NCBI GenBank assembly: GCA_965368975.1
Contig: CBDUPA010000030.1
Location: 1-58,397, forward strand
Length of the DNA stretch: 58,397 bases
Reading direction: 5' to 3'
From: an uncultured bacterium
GTDB lineage: Bacteria; Acidobacteriota; Thermoanaerobaculia; Multivoradales; JAHZIX01
Position numbers and translations under genes: made by a program. Position 1 is the first letter of the stretch, and every line of letters starts with the position of its first letter. Shown piece after piece: positions 1-8,025 of this stretch. Under the pieces are notes generated by a model that was given only the letters and a program-made list of their open reading frames with translations, did no database searches and was not told the origin of the DNA.

Positions 1-2812
1 CGCCGCCGCCACCACCGCCACCGCCGGCACTGATAGTGACGGAACGCGTGCCGGTCGCCGGGTTGCAGGATGTGTTGGCAGCCCGCAGCACCTTGCTGCC
101 GGTACTGCTCCAGGACACCGTGATGCGGTTGCTGTTGGAGGCGCCAGTGACCGTACCGCCGCTGGTGTTCCAGCTCCAGCCGGTGGTGCTGGGCGTACAG
201 TTGGTGGCTGTCGCGGTGAAGGTCAGAGCCTGATTGGTGGTGCCCCCGGAGACGCCCGTGATCGTAATGCTCGGCGTTCCACCGCCACCGCCACCGCCGC
301 CGCCACCACCGGCAGTGCTGACGATGATCTTCGGATGCGTGTACACATCCGTCTGGCTGCCACGCTTGATTCGCAGCTTCGGTTCGTACTCACCCGAGCT
401 GGTGTAGGTGTGCGAGGTCACGGGTGAAGTGTTGCCCGGATTCTCGTAGGAGCCGTTGCCGTCCCAGTCGTAGTCGTAGCTGTCCGGCTCACCGGTGGAC
501 TGGTCGGCGAACGTGATGCTCTGGCCCGTATCCGCGAAGCAGCCCTCAGAGATGCAGAAGATACCCGCTGCGGCGAACTGTGCCTTGAGCGGACTGATGT
601 TGTCGATGGTCACATTGAGGATCGTGCTCGAGCGCTCGACCTCGACACAATTGCGAACTTCGACCTGTACCTGGTAGGTGCCCGCCACCGTGTAGCTGTG
701 CGTGGGAGCCGGCCCGTTGATCGGATCGTCCGTCCAGGGACCGAAGCTGCCGCCGACGACATCGTAGTTCCAACGCCACTCCGTGGCGCCGGGTACGTTG
801 ACCTGGAAGTCGACGTTGCCGTTCGAAGGATTGGCCGGAAAGCCCGTGTAGGTCGGCGAGAAGCTCTGGTCAGCGGGCAACGCCGGCAGCGCATTGATCA
901 ACACCGGTGCACTCATCCTGGTGACCGTTCCCGAGGCATTGCTGATGGTGACTTCAGCAGTGTAGCTCTCACCCGCTGTCACGGTATTGGGCAGGGCTTG
1001 CAGGACGAACGAGTCTGAGCCGCCGCTGACACTGTCGACCAACTGGTTGTTCGCGTCCAAGACCTGCCAATCGAAGGTCAAGGGCGGTTCGCCCGTCACA
1101 CCTTCGGCCTGGAAGGTAATCGGCTGACACAGGAGAGCCGGCGAAGGTGAAGCGGATACGCTCGTCACCTTCGGATCGGGATCGAGGACGGTCAGCGTCT
1201 TCACGGTGTCGTCACTGCCGGCGCCGTTCGTTGCCTGCAACGTCACCGTCTTGCTGCCGGTGCCGCTGAAGGAAACCGTCGGATTCTCCTGGGTCGAGAA
1301 GGACGGGTTGCCATCCGGACTGAAGGTCCAGTTCCAACCGACCGGCTGGCCAGTCGAGGCGTCCGCGAACGTAACGCTCGTCCCCGGGTAGATCAACTCC
1401 GGCGTGTATGTGAAGTCGGCGATCGGCGGCAGGGCTCCGGTCCGCTGATGGACGTCCAAGAGACCCTTCGCCGCGCGGTAGAAGTAACTGCCGTAGAACT
1501 TTCCGGACTTGGGTAGGATGTGGTTAAAACCACTCGCGCCACCGTTGCGGTAGTACCAAGACCAGTAGGTGACCGCCTCTCCGTCGATTGTCACCTGCGC
1601 CTGCGGCGTGATGTCGCGCGGCACCGACGGGTTGCTGACGTCGTCGAGCCATTCTTCCTGGGGGAACTTCGAGCAATTGGAGGCCGTGCCCCAGTAGAGG
1701 AAAGGCGTGTTGTTCGAGCGCGAGAAGCTCACCGTACCCAGGCCAGGCAAGGCCGGGAATCCCGCGGTACGCGACCATAACTGTGTCGGCCCACAAGATC
1801 CTCCTTGGGTGATGCAGCTGACGTCGTAGATCCGATGGGCGAACTGAGAGCGCACGGCAGCATAGTACTTGCTCCCTTCCTGCCACATCGCTACACCGTA
1901 GATCACCTCGCTGCTCAGTGCATTCATGACCCTGCGCGGTGCAGTCGGCGTACTGACGTCCCAGATCTCCATGCCGAAGATGGTGGACGCCGATGAGACG
2001 ATGACGTAGTTGCCAACACCATGGACAAAGGAAGCCGTGTTACGGGTGCCGAGCTTGCCGAGGTAAACCCCGGGACACACCGTGGAGCCAGGCTGCCCTT
2101 CCGTGCAGCGCGAACTCAGGCTCTTGGCCGCATCCATGTCGTAGATCAGGACACCGCCACCTTCACCTTCCGCCGCTGCGAAGCCGTAGGCTCGGCCGCC
2201 GATCAGCGTTGTGTGCACCTGCTTGGCCTTGCGTGTCCGTGCATCAGGGCCGTGATCCTGGTAGACGATCGCCGGGGAATTCTTGTTGCTGGTGTTGAAG
2301 ATGATCATACCTGTGCCGTTCTCTCCGACCAGCGCAGCGAGATCCGCTCGCCCCGGCGGAGAGTCCGCATGCTGGAAGGGAATGAATGCGTGGGCATCAG
2401 CGCCCCAGGTCAGATTCATCGAGTTGATGCCCACGTCCGCCTTGATTTCCGGCAGACCCGGATTGATGTTGGCATCCCAGATCTGGAATCTCTGAGAGGT
2501 TGCCACGAAAAGCCAACCGCTCTCGACGTCCACCGACTGGAAATAGGGGTTTGTCAGCCAGCTCGTGAACTCGGTGAAGCCCGTCGTATCGCGGACTCCC
2601 GGCAATTGCCCCTTATCCGTAGGCTGCAAGTCTCCCCAGAGCTGCGAGGGCACTCCGGAAGCCGGCGTATGGTTCGCCAGATAGCCATTGCACTGAGCGA
2701 TCGCTGCAGGCGACGGCAACAGCGCGATGACCAACGCCGTGACCAGCAGGGGTGCGGGCCAAGCGCGGCCACCAGAGGAAGGTGCAGCCGAGGGTCGAGA
2801 GTAGAAAGGCAT
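1..2812 (-). CDS. Large exported beta-propeller + PKD/Ig-like repeat surface protein, 3' end outside the window; paralog of 8026..11040
   Basis: Not in the ORF track because no stop lies in the window. ATG at 2812 with GAGGAG RBS; reads MPFYSRPSAA...LLVTALVIALLPSPAAIAQC...NPYFQSVDVESGWLFVATSQRFQIW...LTWGADAHAFIPFQ...YFYRAAKGLLDVH...ADFTYTP...WNWTF...KTVTLQATN (PKD); poly-Gly linkers at 278-310 and 2-25. Confidence 0.9.
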   Translation of the reverse strand, partial: MPFYSRPSAAPSSGGRAWPAPLLVTALVIALLPSPAAIAQCNGYLANHTPASGVPSQLWGDLQPTDKGQLPGVRDTTGFTEFTSWLTNPYFQSVDVESGWLFVATSQRFQIWDANINPGLPEIKADVGINSMNLTWGADAHAFIPFQHADSPPGRADLAALVGENGTGMIIFNTSNKNSPAIVYQDHGPDARTRKAKQVHTTLIGGRAYGFAAAEGEGGGVLIYDMDAAKSLSSRCTEGQPGSTVCPGVYLGKLGTRNTASFVHGVGNYVIVSSASTIFGMEIWDVSTPTAPRRVMNALSSEVIYGVAMWQEGSKYYAAVRSQFAHRIYDVSCITQGGSCGPTQLWSRTAGFPALPGLGTVSFSRSNNTPFLYWGTASNCSKFPQEEWLDDVSNPSVPRDITPQAQVTIDGEAVTYWSWYYRNGGASGFNHILPKSGKFYGSYFYRAAKGLLDVHQRTGALPPIADFTYTPELIYPGTSVTFADASTGQPVGWNWTFSPDGNPSFSTQENPTVSFSGTGSKTVTLQATNGAGSDDTVKTLTVLDPDPKVTSVSASPSPALLCQPITFQAEGVTGEPPLTFDWQVLDANNQLVDSVSGGSDSFVLQALPNTVTAGESYTAEVTISNASGTVTRMSAPVLINALPALPADQSFSPTYTGFPANPSNGNVDFQVNVPGATEWRWNYDVVGGSFGPWTDDPINGPAPTHSYTVAGTYQVQVEVRNCVEVERSSTILNVTIDNISPLKAQFAAAGIFCISEGCFADTGQSITFADQSTGEPDSYDYDWDGNGSYENPGNTSPVTSHTYTSSGEYEPKLRIKRGSQTDVYTHPKIIVSTAGGGGGGGGGGGTPSITITGVSGGTTNQALTFTATATNCTPSTTGWSWNTSGGTVTGASNSNRITVSWSSTGSKVLRAANTSCNPATGTRSVTISAGGGGGGGG

Positions 2813-2977
2813 GAGTGGACAGCTCCTCGTCGATCGAATGTGCGGGTCGAGAGATCGTGTGGGGGTAGCTCTCGGCCCTCCGTGAGGCTTCAGCGTGCCG
2901 GCAGAGACAGACTTAGAGACGGGACATCCACGAGGCAACGGAAGCTCCATAGTGTCAGTCTCGAACGGCTATATGCT

Positions 2978-3006
2978 ACTGTAGCAAAAACCAACAACGC
3001 CTTCAA
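2978..3006 (-). promoter_or_regulatory. Putative sigma70 promoter for the left PKD gene
   Basis: Minus strand TTGAAG-17bp-TACAGT with extended TG; both boxes lie in palindromes (cttcaagcttgaag 3001-3014, tgctactgtagca 2974-2986). Confidence 0.55.
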
Positions 3007-3221
3007 GCTTGAAGAACGGCGATTTCGTGCGGCCCGGGCGCTGGCCTCTCTCGAGGAACCTCGAAGAGAGGATCTCAGCGCCATGCTTCAGTATGGCGCA
3101 ACAGCAGATTCAGCGCAATGGCAACCGAACGGTCTCCAGAGCAAGCTGAACTCGTAGTTCTTTCAGTTGGGGAGGGGCAGTGCGGAAGAGGGGGAGGTAT
3201 GTGGCGAGCAAACTCGGGAAG

Positions 3222-3266
3222 ACAAAGGAAAAGGGCGGGCCGGGATGATCCCGGACCCACCCTCTT
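3222..3266 (-). terminator. Intrinsic terminator after the 3327..4682 gene
   Basis: Minus strand AGGGTGGGTCCGGGA-TCA-TCCCGGCCCGCCCT followed by TTTCCTTTG. Confidence 0.75.
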
Positions 3267-3326
3267 ACTAGCACCCGAACCCCTGAGGTCAAGGGCCCCT
3301 CAGGAATTCAGATGCTCAGACCATGA

Positions 3327-4682
3327 TCACGGGTTGATGGCACCCGGGACCGGAAGCAGGGTCTCGTTCGGGCCGGTGGTGACCGTGAAGGTCTTCGGGG
3401 TAACCACGCCACCGGTGATGTTGGCCAGAGCGCTGTCCAGGTGGACGCCCGGGTAGCCAACGGTGAACAGGCCAGCCGCCGAGTGGCTCACGCCAACCCA
3501 GCTCTGCTTGATCGGGTTGAACAGCGCACCGGTGATGGTGGTGTTCAGGTTCATGTAGAACCAACCGAAGTCGAAGACCGAACCGAACTCGGTGGCACCG
3601 GTGCGGTTGCTCTCCCACGGGCACGGCGTAACCGTGTCGAGGGTCGGCGGCGGCGAGAACGGGGTGTCCTCGACCACAATCGGGTTCTCGAATTCGTCGA
3701 AGATCACCAGCTGGGTCTGCGCCAGCGGGAACGGGCTCGGGGTGGTGCCGCACAGGAAGTAGGCACTCTCGTCACGGCCGGTGTCGCGCCAGCAGTAGAT
3801 GTCCGAGTCGTCGTCGAAGGCACCCTCGGCGCCGCTGAAGTAGCGGACGGCCCAAGTGGTGGCCAGCGGCTCGCGGTTGTCGACGGCGGTGCCGGCGACG
3901 TAACGGCCGTAGAAGGTGTAGTCGTTGACAGCCCAGAAGCCGTTGCCGACGGAGTCGACGGCTTCGATGTGGATCAGGTTCTCACCGAAGGCGAAGGCGT
4001 TGGCCACGTCGACCAGGAACCAGTCGCCCCACAGGACGTTCTGGTTGCCAGCGGTACCGGTACCGGCATCCGCGAAGTAACCCGCGGTGCTCGGGAAGTC
4101 GGTCGAGCAGTTGTTGACCACGTCAACGGTGAGGTAACCGACGTAGGTGTCGGCATCCTGCGGCGTGCCGCCGCAGAGACCCGAGTTCAGGAAGCCGTTC
4201 GGGGCAGCCTGACCGTTGTGGACGTTCTGGATGTAGCTCAGCAGCGAGCTCGGGATGTTCGCCGGCAGCGGGAACACGCAGTTCGGGAACGCCGCATCGG
4301 CGAACGAGAAGTCACCAGGAGCCGCGCCGCTGACGTCGACCTGGGTCGCAGTCGACTGGTCGCGGTTCGGGCCGGTCACCGGGATCGCACCAGTGCTGAA
4401 CAGGTCGTTCAGGTTGATGGTGATGACGTCGTAACCGGTCAGGTAGACGGTGAAGTCGAGGGTCGGACGCGACAGGTTGGTCCACAGGGTGACGTGGGCG
4501 ACCTGCGGAGCGGCCGAGGCGTTGTTGATCGAGAACAGGGTGGTCACACCCGGGCTGACCTGGAAGTAGGGCAGCAGCAGGGTGGAAGCCGGGACGGCGT
4601 CAATGGCGCCGATCTCAGCAAACGCCTGACCACCGAGGCTCAGCAGAGCCACTAGCGCCATGCAAAGGGCGATCTTCTTCAT
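3327..4682 (-). CDS. Exported acidic protein of unknown function (451 aa), candidate major surface/S-layer protein
   Basis: ATG 4682 with AGGAG RBS; signal peptide MKKIALCMALVALLSLGGQAFA; N-terminal IDAVPASTLLLPYFQV; strong codon bias, long structured leader, own terminator. ORF is secure, function is inferred. Confidence 0.8.
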   Translation of the reverse strand: MKKIALCMALVALLSLGGQAFAEIGAIDAVPASTLLLPYFQVSPGVTTLFSINNASAAPQVAHVTLWTNLSRPTLDFTVYLTGYDVITINLNDLFSTGAIPVTGPNRDQSTATQVDVSGAAPGDFSFADAAFPNCVFPLPANIPSSLLSYIQNVHNGQAAPNGFLNSGLCGGTPQDADTYVGYLTVDVVNNCSTDFPSTAGYFADAGTGTAGNQNVLWGDWFLVDVANAFAFGENLIHIEAVDSVGNGFWAVNDYTFYGRYVAGTAVDNREPLATTWAVRYFSGAEGAFDDDSDIYCWRDTGRDESAYFLCGTTPSPFPLAQTQLVIFDEFENPIVVEDTPFSPPPTLDTVTPCPWESNRTGATEFGSVFDFGWFYMNLNTTITGALFNPIKQSWVGVSHSAAGLFTVGYPGVHLDSALANITGGVVTPKTFTVTTGPNETLLPVPGAINP

Positions 4683-5045
4683 TTCTGACAATCTCCTAGT
4701 TTGGGACCCGCGGTGTATTTGGCTCGAGCGAAGGAACCGAAGGCACTGTGCCCTCATCATCTGTTCGCCGCTCGGCCACGCTGGGTCCCGATGCTTTTTC
4801 TACTCAGCTAGCACTGTGTTTGTAGATCGCTTTGGATCTAGAGTAGAACATCACCTCCCGGTTAAAAGCTTGCTGTACTTCTGTACTTTTTGCAGCGTGA
4901 TCACCTGGGGCGACCACTGTGTATCTTCGGTAGCTAACCAACGCCTCAGTGCGGGTAGAACCTCTAAGCTAGTAGAGCAATCCACACCAAATCCTGTCGG
5001 TCTGGCTAAGCCTCTCCAAACTATAGGCAGCATTCCTGCTCCCTG

Positions 5046-6860
5046 TCAAGGGGCTGTACCCATTCCGGCCGCCTCTGAGACCGCGCCGCCAGCATGTCCC
5101 TCGACGTGCCCGAGCTGCGGAGTCCAGGCGCGCAGAGCGCCGAAACTCTGGCAACGGTTTTGCAAGCCGGGAATCGGCAAGGTGGAGCCTTCACCGGACC
5201 AGGAAGCTACGACCTCGTCGCGGCCGTCGGCATTGAGGTCTCGCAACATGACGTGATAGCCGCGGCACCCGTTGCCGAGTCCCTCGAGCTCAGGCGACTT
5301 TTCTTGCGTGAAGTTGCCAGCACCGTCGCCCAGGAACAGCCAGATATCTCCAGCACCATCGAGTGCCGCAAGATCCATGTGACCGTCACCATCGACATCT
5401 CCCGCATCCAGGCTCCAGAAGCTGCGCCGCCCCTCGTCGAAGGCCAGGGTCTTGCGGTGCCAGCCGTCTTCTTTGGACAGCAGCAACTCGACAGCCGATC
5501 GCCACACCTTGCTCTCCCAGCTCGCGAAGCCGACAGCCAGATCATCACGGCCATCCCCGTCGAAGTCGGCCAACTCGACAGACTGCAGGTAGGAGCGCGG
5601 CCGAAGACCTTCGGGCGCTTCCGTGACCCAGGAGGCATCCCCCTGCCCGAGGCGCAGGATGTCGCGCCGCCCCAGCAGGAGAGACGCTGTCACCAGGTCG
5701 GCATGACCATCGCCATTGATGTCACCGACAGCCAGCGAGTCTCCGAAGACATTGCCGTGCGTCACCCCCTTCGCCAGGCGCTCCCAGGTGCCGTCGCCCT
5801 CGTTCAGGTAGATGACCGCACCGTAGCTCTCGACGCGGCTCGTGGGGCCAGCGCCTCCGCTGATCCGAATCGTCGGTCGTGGGCCCTCACCGGAAGCCAG
5901 CAGATCGAGTCGTCCATCACCATTCCAGTCGGCGACTTCGATGGCGCGCGAGGAAAATCCGGAGTCCGAGCCGCCGCGGCCAGGCACGACCAAGTCAACG
6001 CCTTCGCTCCAGGGCACGAAACGGCCGGGTTGCTGCTGGATGACGACCAACAGGCCACGCAGATGGAAGCCGAACGCGAGATCCATGAGGCCATCGCCAT
6101 TGAAGTCCCCGGCAGCAGCATCGCCATAGTCATAGGGCGCCAGCGGAAAGCGAGCCTCTTGCCAAACTCGCCAATTCCCCTGGCCGTCACCGAGGAAAAT
6201 CACCGGCCGCGGACCGCTCTTGCGCGCCGGACCGTGAACGATGTCGAGGAAGCCGTCACCGTTGACGTCGGCAATGTCGAAGCCATTGCGCCAGCGACCT
6301 TCTTTGGGCAGACCGGCATCGAAGGCCTTCATCACCAGACGATCACCTTGTGCGACCTCAGGTTGATACAAGGCGTTGATACGTAGACGCTCTTGCTCTT
6401 CCTCCTGCGCCCGCTCTTCGGCAGTGATCGGCTCCGGCATCTCGATCGTCCGGTACACGCGCACGTAGAAGTTCTCGTCATCCTGGTCGTCGACCTTGAA
6501 AACGTACCAGTGCTGGTATCGAATGTGGTCGGCATCGACCCACGAGAAAGTGCCGTCGACCTTCTTCAGGGGTGCCAGGAAGTACTCACGTCCGTCCTCG
6601 GCCTTGAGCCACTTTCCGTCAGCCGGCTCCAGGGAACCCAGATCGTCCATGGGATCGTACGCGTCCAACTGATCTGCCACTCGCTCGTCGGCCAGCTGCT
6701 GTGCTTGCTCCAGAGTCATGCTCGGTCCCGGGGACGAACCCTGCGCCAGGACGGTCACGGGCGCGATGACGATGCTCAGGAACACCAGTACCGCGAACTG
6801 CGCGGCTCTCAGCGGCAACGGGAAGGACCACCGGTGGGCACCGGCGAGGTGGGTCTGCAT
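5046..6860 (-). CDS. Exported FG-GAP/VCBS repeat (integrin-like propeller) protein
   Basis: Repeated DxNGDGxxD(L/I) motifs (DVNGDGFLDI, DFNGDGLMDL, DWNGDGRLDL, DINGDGHADL, DFDGDGRDDL, DVDGDGHMDL, DLNADGRDEV); signal peptide; AAGGAGG RBS. Confidence 0.9.
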   Translation of the reverse strand: MQTHLAGAHRWSFPLPLRAAQFAVLVFLSIVIAPVTVLAQGSSPGPSMTLEQAQQLADERVADQLDAYDPMDDLGSLEPADGKWLKAEDGREYFLAPLKKVDGTFSWVDADHIRYQHWYVFKVDDQDDENFYVRVYRTIEMPEPITAEERAQEEEQERLRINALYQPEVAQGDRLVMKAFDAGLPKEGRWRNGFDIADVNGDGFLDIVHGPARKSGPRPVIFLGDGQGNWRVWQEARFPLAPYDYGDAAAGDFNGDGLMDLAFGFHLRGLLVVIQQQPGRFVPWSEGVDLVVPGRGGSDSGFSSRAIEVADWNGDGRLDLLASGEGPRPTIRISGGAGPTSRVESYGAVIYLNEGDGTWERLAKGVTHGNVFGDSLAVGDINGDGHADLVTASLLLGRRDILRLGQGDASWVTEAPEGLRPRSYLQSVELADFDGDGRDDLAVGFASWESKVWRSAVELLLSKEDGWHRKTLAFDEGRRSFWSLDAGDVDGDGHMDLAALDGAGDIWLFLGDGAGNFTQEKSPELEGLGNGCRGYHVMLRDLNADGRDEVVASWSGEGSTLPIPGLQNRCQSFGALRAWTPQLGHVEGHAGGAVSEAAGMGTAP

Positions 6861-6936
6861 TGGGAAGGCCTCCTTGGGCGAGTTGTCCGTCGACGGGGTG
6901 CGTGGGCTCTGGTTCCGACCGCCTGGATCTGGGGTT

Positions 6937-7707
6937 CTAGATCTCGTCGACGAAGCGTGGTTTCAGGCGGCGGAACAGCCCCACGCCGAATCCTAACAAC
7001 AGCAAGGCGGAGAACGCCAGCATCCAGGTGCCCGGCACCCAGGCTGGACCGTCGGCGAGAAAGGCGACGCGATAGATCTCCACCAGGCTGGTCAAGGGGT
7101 TGAGCTCGATCCATACCTGGTACTCGACGGGAACGAAACTCATCGGATAGACGATCGGTGTCAGGTAAAACCACGTGTTGAGCATGAGTCCGAGTCCCTG
7201 GGCCATGTCGCGAAAGTAGACGTGCACACACGCCAGCAGCATCGCGACCCCCAAGGTCAGCGCAACCTGCAGCGGGATCGCCACCAGCAGCATGGGCAGG
7301 CCGGCCCCCGGCAGGTGACCGGTAGCTGCCAGCACGCCGACGAAGACCAGCGCCGCAATGCCCTGATGCAGCAGTGCCGTCAAGACGACGGCCAGGACCA
7401 ACAGTTCGGCCGGAAACCGCATCTTCTTGACCAGACTCGCATTGTCTGTGATCGCCACGGTGCCGCGGCTGATGCCTTCGTGCATGGCCGTCCACGGCAG
7501 CAGGCCGCAGAACAAGAAGACGGCGAAGGAGTCCGTCCGCTCTCCCAACAACGACATCTTCATCACCGTCGAGAAGACAAAGGTGAAGAGCACCAGCAGC
7601 CACAAGGGCTGGGCGAAAGACCACAGGAACCCGAACAGGGATCCTGCATAGCGGGCCTGGAAATCCCGGCGCACCATTTCACGAAGCAGGAATAGGTACT
7701 GACTCAT
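6937..7707 (-). CDS. ABC-2 polysaccharide exporter permease (Wzm/TagG-like)
   Basis: RRDFQARYAGSLFGFLWSFAQPL, LVKKMRFP, YFRD, FYLTPIVYP, LNPL and FVDEI motifs; multiple hydrophobic segments. Confidence 0.92.
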   Translation of the reverse strand: MSQYLFLLREMVRRDFQARYAGSLFGFLWSFAQPLWLLVLFTFVFSTVMKMSLLGERTDSFAVFLFCGLLPWTAMHEGISRGTVAITDNASLVKKMRFPAELLVLAVVLTALLHQGIAALVFVGVLAATGHLPGAGLPMLLVAIPLQVALTLGVAMLLACVHVYFRDMAQGLGLMLNTWFYLTPIVYPMSFVPVEYQVWIELNPLTSLVEIYRVAFLADGPAWVPGTWMLAFSALLLLGFGVGLFRRLKPRFVDEI

Positions 7708-8025
7708 CGTCTTTGACTCGGGCCTTCGCCCCTAGGCGGCGCACTATACCCCGAGAAAGCTGCTCGGGAGTGAGTCGAGAAACACATGGCAGTGCAGCAT
7801 AGCAGGCAGACGCATGAGCGACTACCGAAAACGGCTCTCTTTCCGCGAGAATCCCGCTGAATCCCATTCGCTTGTGGTGACCGGCCGGAAGATCCGCTAT
7901 ATGGTGTAGCGCTTGCATTCGATGTCTCGCCAGCATACAGTAAGGCCCATCCTAGCGAAGCAACCTTCGCGTCCGCTTTCCTGATTCGCTTCCCCCCCTG
8001 CGAGTCCTCCCAGGAGTCCAGCAGC

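Noticed and set aside
2021-3157. 378-aa plus-strand ORF and other long antisense ORFs (3441..4655, 5094..6386, 24641..25969, 27610..28635, 39490..41016)
   Set aside because: Shadow frames opposite well-supported genes, expected with high GC3; no family motifs.
4740-4770. c-di-GMP-II riboswitch suggested by minus-strand AUGAUGA-GGGCAC-AGUGC
   Set aside because: Only short words match; spacing and pseudoknot partners cannot be established without a covariance model.
7851-7900. c-di-AMP (ydaO) riboswitch suggested by cgctgaatccc
   Set aside because: The downstream conserved elements of that riboswitch are not visible.
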